From Octopus sinensis (Eukaryota), in contig NC_042999.1 of the NCBI RefSeq assembly GCF_006345805.1, positions 128,650,001-128,714,000 on the forward strand: a stretch of 64,000 nucleotides of DNA, in the 5' to 3' direction. Below the pieces are notes generated by a model. That model did not search any database and was not told the DNA's origin. It saw nothing but the letters and a program-made list of their open reading frames with translations. The translations under genes and the position numbers were made by a program. This document shows positions 39,901 through 53,100 of this stretch, one piece after another; the first letter of the stretch is position 1; every line of letters begins with the position of its first letter.

Positions 39901-41125
39901 GGTTCAGGTGGAGCTGCCTATGTAATTATGTAATATTAAAACTGTATAATTATTTTACCAACAAAAAAAGAAAGGAAGAAAGCTGATGAATAAACATAGA
40001 ATTCAACAACATTCTAACTGAATGAACTAGGACAAAAGTTGTGTAGAAACTTTTTGGAGTAACATCAAGAGACTAGTTTCAACGTAACAAGATTTGAAAC
40101 ACCTTGGAATCCAATGTCTGGCATAACAAAGTTATAGAAAGCAAGACATCTATTTTTGTCCCATCATACTGTAACCTCACATCACCTGGCACACAGGCAT
40201 GTCCTTTAATGCCCCACCTCTAAAGGATCTTTATCTTGTGAGGAACTTGGTGACCCCTCTAGTACTGGTGCCATGTAAAAAGAATCCAGTTCACACTGTA
40301 AAGTGGTTGGCATTTGGAAGGGCTTCCAGCTGTAAAAACCATGCCAAAACAGAGAGTGAAGCTTGGTGCAATACTCTGGCTTGCCAGCCTCTGTCAAATT
40401 GTCCAACCCATGCCAACATGGAAAACATTAAATAATAAATGATGATCTAGTTTCTAACACATCAATTTCATACCCTTTTATCAACCAGTTTAAAATCTTG
40501 TAAACTACATAATTAGGCACAAGCATAGCTGTTTGGTTAAGAAGTTCACTTCCCAACCACAAGGTTTTGGGGTTCAGTCCTACCATAAGTCTTGTAAATA
40601 AATATCATTAGATATAAACTGAAAGAATGCATGCAGGTGTATCCTTATCTTGATATGATGTAATGATTGTAAACAAGCATCATCATACAAGAGATGTCCT
40701 TTGTTTCCTATCTTACATACCAGGCTTATCCTACCAGTGTTTTCAGAGAAGTAGACATAATAAGGATTGTTTGAAGCTAAGTTATTAACCATAAAATATC
40801 CAACTATATAAATACGAATAAAAACCAATAAAAATAAGTAAAACATTCAAGTTACCTTAAAGATCGAATGTCCTCAATAAGAGGCAATTCTGCAATTCTG
40901 ATGTGAATCTCTTTAGCAATCCGTTCATAATTTGGGTACATGTTTAATACCACTTCTTTGGCTGCCTGAAAAAAATATACCAATAATAATAGTTTTTATC
41001 CAAATACAACATTTAATATGAAATTGTTTTACAAAAATAGAACAGCTCTTAATTGGGCAATGTTCAAACAGTGCAATACAAGTAATAACCACTGAAGAAT
41101 CTCTCTCTCTATATATATATCTATA

Positions 41126-41160
<35 letters not shown>

Positions 41161-44100
41161 AAACTGGGAGTACGTCATAAAAACTAACAAAGTTGAACAT
41201 CAAATATGACAAGTATTGTGACATACAAATCTTCAACTTTACTAGTCCACTCAGAATATTTTAAATGAGAGAATCATATTTATAAAGTGACATACTTATA
41301 TAAAATCTGTCAAAGCCTAGATAAAAACTAAATCAAAAGAAATGTAAATGATTCAGTTACATATGGAAGCTATGCAGATGAGGGGAGTCCCTTAATACAA
41401 AAAGAGCATTCAAGTATCTAGGATGATAATGTGCATGTTTGTTTCTTCAATCACAATGTAAAAATAATAAAATTTTACAAAGAGCAACTAAATCTAACTT
41501 ACTTCATCAAATGTAGGTAAAATCTCTGCTGGAGCTTCAGGCAAAAAGTAAGCCAAAACCTGCTCTGCTGATGCTAACATATTGTAGTCTATCACAAGAC
41601 TCTGTTTATTTGCTAAAAAGTAATATGAAAACAATTAATTATTAAATAATACAAACAGCCAATGAAATAAAAATTTAACTCTATGTTCTTCAAATATTTT
41701 TATTCCACAGCACACTGAATGAAGTACTAAAAGTTTGATTGTACACCATCAGTTATTTTATTTTATTAATTTTATGTAAGAAACCAGTATTAAAATTGTT
41801 TTAAAACAGGGTGCCTGCATTGTGCTTTGCCACAAAGAAATATACAAGTGTTCATATGGTTAAGAGGTTTGTTTCAGAACTATATGGCACCATGGGAAAG
41901 CCCTGAGCTAACCAAAGCTTTGTGAACAACTTTGGTAGATGGAAACTGAAAGACATCTGTAACAAGTGTGTGCATCTAGTCTTCCATGAAAAATATCTGG
42001 TCATGGAGAAAATATTACTTTGTTCACAAACAAATTAGGGTTGGCAACAAGGATGGCATTCAACTGTAAAAAAAATCTGCCTCAATAAATGCTGTCTGAC
42101 CCATGCAAGCATGGAAGAGTGGAGGTTAAATTATAATGATTTTTATATACTCACTCACACACACATAAATATGTATTTATCTTTTTATGAGTGTAGAAGT
42201 GCACTCACATTGTCACTATGAGAGCAGAAACAGTGTTTACATCTCTCATAAAGAGTACATCCCATTGTTTTGCAGTATTCATTATGTGGGAAGTCCAGTG
42301 GAATTTAATACCTCATCTGAAAACAAGTGTTAGCAACATGAAGAGCATCCCATTGTAGAATACTACCTCAAGAGCTCATCTAACCCATACCAGCATTAAA
42401 ATTAATGATCCAGGAGAGTGGTCCATTAACAATATTGAAGATTTGTAAATATCATTGTTTTCTACATCACATAATTTCGCTGCAGTATAATACTTCAAAC
42501 ATCTAGCTGAACCTGATGTTTTAGACCATATTTGATGCCAGTGTTTAAAATGAATTTTCTGTTATAAATGAATTTCCCTTACACATGACAAATATCCAAT
42601 TTATTATCAGGATTCGTATACATTTCTTTTCCAATAAATCAGAACTAAGACCTACAGACATTTTCATCAATAGATCAGGCACAAAAAAGACTGTGTGATT
42701 TAAGAAGTTTGCTTCCCAACCACATGGGTTTGATCTCAGTCCCACTGTGTGGTACCTTGGGTGAGTATTTTCTACTATAGCCCCAAAACAGGCCAAAGAC
42801 TTGAGTGGATTTGGTAGATGAAAACTGAATGAAGCCTGTCATATACATATCTTCTATTTTTTACTTATTTCAGTCATCAGACTGTGGCCATGAATCAAAC
42901 CCATTTCTTATTTTTGTTTTTAAGCCTGGTATTTAAGGGATGTAAACAAACCAATACTGGTTGCCAAGCAGTGGTGGAAACAAACAGATAAAAAGAAGAC
43001 AGCTAAAAGAGAGAACGAAAGAGATGCACTGGAACAGATACATAGCACACTTAAATTGCTTAGCGTTTTATACCAACAATACATGTATTCTGAAGCGGAA
43101 TGTATGTGTGTGTGTAAAACCAAGATGTTATTGACTCAATCCCTGCATTATCTACCATGCATGCAAGATACAAATCTCAAAATTCCATTCCGTTTCTTTT
43201 CACAATAACTAAATTTCAATATCAGCTCATAAAACAGAAAAAGAAAAACATTTCACCTTCAACCATTTGTCTTATTTTTTCACGGTAGACATTGTGTCCT
43301 TTAGAATCAATGAAAGTTCTCAGGAAGTTCTTGAATCGATTCTTTATTTCAGTCTTCGGAGCTAACAGTGTCACCCACTCACGAACAGAATGGCCTTTCA
43401 TATCTTCTAAATTTTCTATACTCTCAATCTAGCAAAAACATAAGAATACAAAAATTAGCAAAATGTTTCTATTAAGTAAACACATAAATTTCAATAAAAC
43501 ATATAAAAAAAGTCATATATATTGCAGTAAATCATCCAGAATTTATAGTTTTATATATATATATATAGACACATACATATATATCATGATTCTTTAATGA
43601 TTGTTTTCCATCCTGGCATGGGTTGGATGGTTTGAGTGGAGCTAGCAAGCAGGAGAGCTGCACCATGCTTTAGTTTGATTTGGCTTAGTTTCTACAGCTG
43701 CATGCCCTTCCTAACAGCTACCCCTTTACAGTGTACTGGGTATTTTACATGGTCTGTGTGTGTGTGTGTATATTTATATATATATATATATATATATACA
43801 CATACACAGAGGCTGGATTAAGACCCATTGAGGCCCTAAGCACTTAAAAGATTTTGGTTGCTCCCATAAAAGATTATGTAATTCAAAATATGAGCAATAA
43901 CAAACCTTGAAATAATTTTTTAAATGAAACAAAACAGTAAGAGGGAAAACAATGTTTATTTTTGTATACTTCCGTTTTCATCATCATCATCATCATCGTT
44001 TAACGTCCATTCTCCATGCTAGCATAGGTTGAACGGTTCGACCGGGGATCTGGGAAGCCAGAAGGCTGCACCAGGCTCCAGTCTGATCTGGCAGTGTTTC

Positions 44101-47100
44101 TACAGCTGGATGCCCTTCCTAATGCCAACCACTCCGTGAGTGTAGTGGGTGCTTTTTACGTGCCAGGCGAGGCTGGCAACGGCCACGATCGGTTGGTGCT
44201 TTTAACATGCCACCGGCACGGATTTTACGTGCCTTTGAATTGCAAAGTCTTTGATCAGATCCTCAAAATTAATCTTAGGTAACACATCTGCATCTATGCT
44301 TAATAGAGATAAAGGTATCCTGAATATTATTTTAGCAAATTTAAAGTGATTTCTTTTGTGCCATAAACCATTTAACATTTGTGGTGCCCCCTCCTTCCCT
44401 TGATGCCCTAAGCATGTACTTAATTTTACTTAATGGTTAATCCAGCACTGTTTACCCACACACAGCAAATAAGTGCAGGTGTAGCTGGTTGGTGAGGAAT
44501 CTTGCTTCCCAAACATGCAGTTTCAAATTCAGTCCCACTGCAATATACCTTAGGCAAATGTTTTCCACTATAGCCCCACAATCATGCAGTCCAATCCTCC
44601 ATATCACTTCACATATAGTTACCCCACCACTGTACCTTTTAAGGGTGTGTCCAGATACATACCCACCACCAACTCTCACTCTTCATCTCTATCTTTCTCT
44701 CCCTCCTCTTCCAACTGGGATCTTTCCTATCTCTATTCTTCTATTATTCTTTCAACCTCTCATCAACTGACACAGAACCACCTTCCTCAATACTACTCCC
44801 ACCAGTCTTGCAAGTTGCTTGGTGACCCCCACCAATGTTGGTGCCATGAAAAGTACACTCTGTAAAGTGGTTGATGTTAGGAAGGGCATCCAGCTGTAGA
44901 AACCATGCCAAAACAGACAACAGAGCTTGACAGTCTTGCTAGCTTGTCCAACCCATACCTGCATAGAAAATACATGTTAAATGATGCTAATGATGATGAT
45001 GATGGTGTTGCAGAAAGCTTGCCAGCTGTAAAAAAGTATCAAATGTAACAGTATTAAATTAAAATTGCTATCAGTGTATCTCATCACATGTACATACATC
45101 ACTGGAAACCACATTGCTATGGTCTTGTTGAGGAGAAAATCTTTTCATAGACATATTGAAACAAAGACAGTCAAGGTAGTAACATAGTCATTACTTTATA
45201 TCCTGTCAATGGTGATGAACTGAACCCTTGGATAAGACACTTCATTCTTAATTCTTTAACACTTAAACCAACCATATCAAGCCTAAATATTCTACATGTT
45301 TTGTGTTCAAACTAACCAAATTTGGCCTAGCACTTGTGCTGGTGGTACGTGAAAAACATTCGAGCGAGATCGTTGCCAGTGCCGCTGGACTGGCTCCTGT
45401 GCAGGTGGCACATAAAAAGCACCATTTGAGCTCCTGTGCAGGTGGCACATAAAAAGCACCTTTTGAGCATGGCCGTTGTCAGTACCGCCTGACTGGCCTT
45501 CATGCCGGTGGCACGTAAAAACACCCACTACATTCTCGGAGTGGTTGGCGTTAGGAAGGGCATCCAACTGTAGAAACACTGCCAGATCAGACTGGAGTCT
45601 GGTGCAGCCATCTGGTTTGCCAGACCTCAGTCAAATCGTCAAACCCATGCTAGCATGGAAAGCGGACATTAAACAATGATGATGATGACATCATTGAAAT
45701 ATTGAAGTAGTGAGATAATATATGATTAATTCAAACCAATTTGAATTTATAAATGTTATTTATGCCCGAGAGAATAATCTGAATGCTAAAGAGTTAATGG
45801 ATTGAGTTCTATATTTCATCAAGCCACCATAGTTAAGACTATGATAGAGCACTATAACAAATGCCTTGTGAAATTGCCCAATGCATTAGGTTGCAGTATT
45901 AGGTAAAATTCTATCAGCGAAAGCTATCCAAGACAAACCAGCATTTGTGCCACACAATTTATAGCACATCCGCTTAATACTAAGAAAACTTGTCCCATGA
46001 ATCTTTGATATTCAAGTATACTACTGCGATATTCAAGTGACTGATGTCTTATCTTCTGATCAAGGTGCTCCAAACTTAAAAGAAAATATACATACCTCCT
46101 CCTCCTCTTCCATCTCACCTTCAGCTGCTCGCTCTGCCATGCGTCGTCGTCGAGTTGGTCTTTCTTCATCTTCATCAGAGTCATCTAACAAAGCATTATA
46201 TAATTACATTTTTGTAACTAACATTCTAACAGTAACCAATTATACAGAATATAAAAGAAAAAAAAACAGCAACTTTATTGTTTGAAATAATTAAAAATAA
46301 CTTGTTTTAAAAATTTACAATAAAACCCTATATGTTAAAATGTGGTTCAATAAAAATTAATACATAAAACAGCTTATTCCAAAATCACTTTTATACTTTT
46401 ACAGACAAGAATAATTGCTGAGCCATTTAAAGATACACCAAAGCACCAGTACTTTCTTCAAGTGGCATTTAACAATTGGCAAGTTTATATACAAAGTTTT
46501 GCCATAGAATGCTGGTATCTTTGTTAAATAATATGTAATCAAATAAGGTGTTGATATTAAGGAATTCTGCTAGTAGGCATATAAACTGGCCATTCTAATC
46601 TAAATATTCTACCTGATTTATGTTTAAACTGGCCAGATTCAGCTTTTTACACCTACCCTACCATGTCATTCTAAACATATACAATCACCTCTTTAGAATC
46701 TCAAAGTTATGAGATGATGTACGATTAATTCAAAACAATGTGAATAAACAAAGTATGTCATTTGATAAAGTAATCTGAATGCTTAAGAGTTAAACATGGC
46801 TTTTTTTTTTAGTTGTACACAAAATACATGACCTCACCATAAATAAAACCCCGTCTCATACGTCCAGTGGCCAAAGCATCTTCACGGTCCCTCTTCCTCA
46901 TTTCTTTTTCAGCATCCTGCCTTGCTGACTCGGATAGGTCAGAAAAATCTCCATCATCCAATCCATCTTTATCATATACATCGAGGGCAGCAATAGGTCG
47001 ATAATCTCTGGATGAGAAAAAAAACTAGTTTAAAATGCTTATTCTGATTAACACTTCAGCATATAAGCTGGCCATATCCGGCCAAAAATATTCAACCTAT

Positions 47101-50100
47101 TTCTAAGTCCAAATTCACCAGATCCAGCTTCTCACACCTATCTTAGTGTCATTCTGAAAATAACATTGACATCAACCAAATATCAAAGCTACAAAATAGT
47201 GCATGATTAATTCAAAATAATGTGAATAAACAAGCATTATATTTGATAGAGTAACCTGAATGCTAAAGGGTTAATGAGATTCAACCTCGTAATACAAACA
47301 AATAATAAAAAAAGGACTCCATAACATTAACCCTCTTGTGTCAAACCAGTCACATCAAGCCCTAATACTCAAACTGGCCAAGCAGGCCTTTCACACTAAC
47401 CCTACAATGTTATTCTGAAAATAAACAATCACATTGTTGAAACCTTGAAGCAACAAGATAGTATATAATTAAATCAAAACTATGTGATTAAATAAGCATT
47501 ACATTTGACAGAATAACCTGAATGCTAATGGGTTTATGAAAGGAAAATTGAAAGGCGTTTATAGAAGTTTCAAATATATTTTTACAAATACATTTGCTTT
47601 CTAGTATAAATTATTAACCATTACAGAAAACATATATATAACACAGAACTCATGGTATCAGAATGAGTAATCATGTACCTTAACATTTTAACTACTACAC
47701 GTTTTATTAGAATTTTTTTAATCCATGCTAACATGGCTCATTTTCTTGCAAATTTCACTGAAAATTTCATATATACTTCAAACATTTTCCTTAATACTAT
47801 ACAAATATTTTCCAATCATAATAGATTACTGAATTTAAATGGATTCCCTTGCACAGGTTATGAATAAATATGAATAGAGCCATAGCCATACACAGGATAA
47901 TATTTCTGTTAGTTGGCATGGTTTTTTTCTTAACCCTTTTGTTACCAACCTGGCTTTGTACAAATGTCGCGTTTCTGAAAGTTAGTCATAATTTATGTTC
48001 CTAATGTTAGTTATTTTACTAAATTCTTTGTTATATTTAAAATTATTTGAAAGAAACACAGAGCATCTGAACAGAAATATGGTAACAAAAAGGGTTAAAC
48101 ACTTTTTCCGGGCTTCAGAGACTGGGGGGAGGGGGGAGTTACTCTCAGAGTGGAGACCAGATGCAAATGCTTGCATCTGGGTGTTTTCCAACAAAATGCA
48201 GTCACGAGCCACGTGGCTGGTGGTGATATCAAACTAGACACTGAATTAAGTTTAACAGCCAAAAACAAAAAACAGTCCCTAAAAAGTGCTTCCACCCAGT
48301 TTCCTTAAACCAAATTTTATTCATAAAGATTTTAATCAACTCAAGGCTTATGATAGGACTTGGCCAAGAAGCCACACAAAGAGACTGAACCCGAATACCA
48401 AGTGGCTGACAAAGTAGACAATGGAGCCTGGTACAACTCTAGTTTGCCAGCTCCTGTCAAACCATCCAACCCATGCCAGCATGGAAGACGGGCATTAACT
48501 GATGAGGAATTAGTGTTTCTAAACTAGTGTTTCTAAAGGTAGGTGCAGGAGTGACTGTGTGGTAAGTAGTTTGCTTACCAACCACATGGCTCCAGGTTCA
48601 GTCCCACTGTGTGGCACCTTGGGCAAGTGTCTTCTAATATAGTCTCAGGCCGACCAAAGCCTTGTGAGTGGATTTGGTAGACGGAACTGAAAGAAGCCCG
48701 TCGTATATATGTATATGTATATATGTGTGTGTGTCTGTTTTTTGTCCCCCAACATCGCTTGACAACCGATGCTGGTGTGTTTACGTCCCTGTAACTTAGC
48801 GGTTCAGCAAAAGAGACCCATAGAGTAAGTACTAGGCTTACAAAGAATAAGTCCTGGGGTCGATTTGCTTGAGTAAAGGAGATGCTCCAGCATGGCCGCA
48901 GTCAAATGACAAACAAGTAAAAGAGTAAACTAAATTTTACCTATGAACCTCTTCGATTCCTATTTTAGTTGGATGGCGCCTCTTAATCATTTGATGTTTA
49001 AAATATTTTTAAATACTATTAGAATTTGTATAAAAAGAAACTGTTTAAGTATTTTGTATATAGTAGAAACATAACCAAGTTATTGCACACAAATTTTAAA
49101 ATCTTACATAGATCCCGGTCGAGAACCAGTTTTAATTGAACGGTGCAGGGGAGGTAACTTACTGTTCAAAATTATCTCCAAATAGTTCTTCTCCTTCCTC
49201 CTCCTCCTCATCTTGTTGAACGCGATTGCTACCGAGATCAGATTCATCTTCGAAGGGAGGTAAATCTCGACCAGGACTCGAAGTCAGTGGATCGCCTCGG
49301 CGACTTTGCGAGTCATCAGGACTTGCTACAGAGAACGGATCAGATGTTGGCTCCTTCGAAAAATAAATTAAAATAATAAAATTTAAAACATTAAATATAA
49401 AATTATACATTAAAAAAAATGAAGCTTGCTTGCATTATACATAAAACGATGTTTATCAGTTGCTAATCTCTTAAATCTTCACATTTATCTTCGTTTTGAA
49501 AGTTACATTTTGTGGAAAGAGATTGTGGGAGTCCTTCCTTTGAAGTGTTTGTAATTCAAACAAGGAGAACACCTACAGTGGATCCGCTATAAAAACTTGA
49601 GCAAATATTCAATCATATTGGGCTTTAACTTATTAATAGAGGCATATTTTCCCCCCGGGACCTCTTCCATTGTTACTACGCTTCTGAATTAGCTATCTGC
49701 ATATCCTGTCACCATCTCATCTCCTAGACCTTGCACAAAAAACACTATCTAATCCTGCTCTCCAGAAATTTAACTTTCCCGACCAATGTTTTCCTACAAA
49801 CACCAAACAGAGGGTTCAGTTGAACATCAGCCGTGCAGAATTCATGAAACCAATCAATAACAGACTATTCCGAAAGCCACCTAGTCTCCTGGACAGGTTA
49901 TCAATTGATTAAAATTAGTTATTCCGCATATTTCGAGATCCCTTTCTGTACCGTGTATAAAAACATCTACATAAAAATAAGCATGAGTGCAGGCGTGGTT
50001 GTATGGTAAGAAGCTTGTTTCCCAACCACAATGGTTCCAGGTTCATCCCCACTGCGTAGTACCTTGGACAAGTGTCTTCTACTACAGCCTCGGGATGAAT

Positions 50101-53100
50101 AAAGCCGTGAGTGGATTTAGTAGACGGAAACTGAAAGAACCCCATCGTGTGTGTGTGTATGTACATGTGAATGTGTGCATTTTGGTCTCCCACTACTGCA
50201 TGTCAACCCGTGTTGGTGAGTTCACGTATCAGTAACCTAGCGGTCCGGCAAAAGAGACTGAAAAAAAAGTACTGGAGTCGATTCAGTCCAATGATTGAAA
50301 CTAGTAAAACGTATAGGCGAAAATGAAAAGAAATAATTCATATTCAACATGTCACATGGATAGGGTTCTTAAGTATTAATGAATGAATAATAAAGTCGTG
50401 TTCGGTGTTGTTCCACTTCAAATTAATGATGTATTTATTGGGCATCAAGAACGGTCTGCTTGGTGAGATTCCATCTCGAAACTAACTAGCTAAAATATTA
50501 CAGATTATTTAAACTGCCGCAATGGCAGCTACTTGCTGTTATGACACCAGAGAACAAAAAGTAAAACTACCAGCTCAGCAGAACTAAACAAATGTCAAAT
50601 ATGTGGCACATAGAGCTTTATTTGAAACTTATGAACACATGATGAAAGCATTTTCCGATCACGCTTCCACGCTTCCCTGAACTCTACTGTTGAAATGATT
50701 CACAGGCATAATATATCCGACGAGCTTCCATCTACCCAGTTTGATCACAAGGCTTTTGCCGGCCCAAGAATGTGAGACTTTCTTGCCTAAAGTGTCACCT
50801 GGTTGGATTGAAGCCGAGATCTCATAAATTACGAAGCGGGGGGGGGGGGGTACGCTTACACTTCAGATATTTAGACAACGTATAACAATCAAAAAGCATT
50901 TTAATCAAATAAGTGGAACATACAAAGAGCTTTATTTGAAACTTATGAATATATGATGAAAACATTTTCCGATCACACTTCCTCGCTTCCCTGATTTTTT
51001 TTTATCATCATTAACTAGAATTAAGTTGTTTGTGCTGTTATTCCGGTTTTTGTTTGTATATAATCTTCAGCTTTTACAAACATAGAACATAAAAGGGAAG
51101 ATCAACAATTGCTACAAACATGCTGCAATAAATAAATAATACTTTGTTTTGTTTCAGTAAATCGTTTTTCCTCCTTTAAAACTTGAATAGAGCTGTGTGT
51201 GTTGATGACTTAATTCTCATATCTGAGGTACTCAAAGATTTGGAAAGGATATTCCAAACTTGAAAGCAAAACCTAAAACTGAATGTTATTGTAAACCTAA
51301 CAAAGACATGATGACGATGATTAGATTGGGATGTACAGTAATCTACATTTAAGTCTCTTCCAACCATCAAGTTCATATTAAGTCTCCATATACTGCTCTC
51401 TCCCTTATTCAGTCACCCCTCGCCTATCGATGTGACTTAATCTTCCATCACACCACCTGTAAAATAAGGATCACTGGGATCTGTCCGTATCCAATCGTCC
51501 TTTACAATCATACATTCTTTATTGCTAGTCATCACTCTCTTAATCCTATTACTACCTCCCCTATCACTGTCAATATACAATTTGAAACCCGTTAAAGAAA
51601 ACAAAATAAAAACAGCCTACTAAGTGTAAAAAAAATGTGTAGAAAACGAATATGAAAAAAAATCTGCGCAAACGAACGAGGAGTAGGTGGGGAGAAGACT
51701 TTTGGAAATTTACAAGACCCGATTTTCCCCTCATAACTTTCAGGAAAAAAGATATATATTAGTGAAATTTTATACAAATACCGTCCAAATGACATAAATT
51801 ACGATTATAAAGAAATTTGTGGGGAAAATGTTTTCCGAAGGAGTGGGGAGAGGACTGTCGGAAAGTTCACACGATCCGATTTTTGCCCTCATAACTTTCG
51901 GGATCTAGTTTAGCGCCCGGTCACCAAAACGAGAAAAAAAAAAAAAAACAATAATAGATGTACAAAACGTGTAGAAAACGAATATGAAAACAAAAATTTG
52001 CGCAAACGAACGGGGATGGGAGTAGAGGGATTCGGAAAATTCACACGATCCGATTTTTCCCTCATAACTTGGAAAATAGATATAACCAGCTGTTAAGTTC
52101 CTATAGCTGGCCCATTTGTCTGTATGTATTACAGTACTGGGTAACACATTTTCCATTATCACAGCTTCTAGCGTTGCTGCGCTTCTGTCGGGTACAAGCT
52201 GTAGAAATCCTTTTTTCAGTGGTGCCATAGCACCCGACAACCCACGTTTGATGGCCTATCCTCCCTACGTTGCTCTTCTTTTTGAAGAGCAAACTCTCAT
52301 CTATTTCTACTTCATGACCTGGACTACCGAGCGGAGCTTTGTTTTGGAGCATCTTCTCCGAACACACTTCTAGACAAAACTCCGTAAATTTCAGGTTTTT
52401 GTCACACATAAACCAGAATTTCTCTGTTCCTTTCGGAATTTCTCCCCGTGTTATAGTTTTTTCACATTTCAAAACACTGGGGGATAGGGTTAAACTTATC
52501 TAACATATGCTTTCAAAATGTATTGATAACAGCTGATCGCTAGTACTTTACTGTCTCGAAATGAAGAATAATCCGGTTGTCTTGAGTGGGAAATGAAAAA
52601 TCGCAATTCAGTTTGATGAGATGTTGATTTTTATTTTTGTATGTTTTCTAAATAATTAACACTTCTGACCTGGAGGGTGGGGGACATTATTTAATATGCG
52701 AAATATCTAAACACACAAAAAAAAAAGTCGTTTGAATTCGTTATCAACTACTTCAACAAAGGAATCTAAAACTGTCATAATTTGGAGCGAAGCTAATTAA
52801 AGATCCGAAGAGATTTTTATTATCCTGAAGCATACTTCATTAATTTTTTTTTTTCTCTGTCTTATATATACTTCATAATGCACAATGAAGATTAGTAAGT
52901 CTATGACTTTGTGCTGTAACAGAAAGAATAAGGTCAATAAGCCTTTCTTTAACTGTTGGTCAATATAAAGATCTTCACCCGGGAACAAATAAAAACCCAG
53001 CCTGGTGGGTTTAGCCTAAGATATCAGTTCTCTCTACAGATATGACAGATATAAACCGTCTGAAAAGATTAGCATTTATTGAACATAGACTATATTGAAA

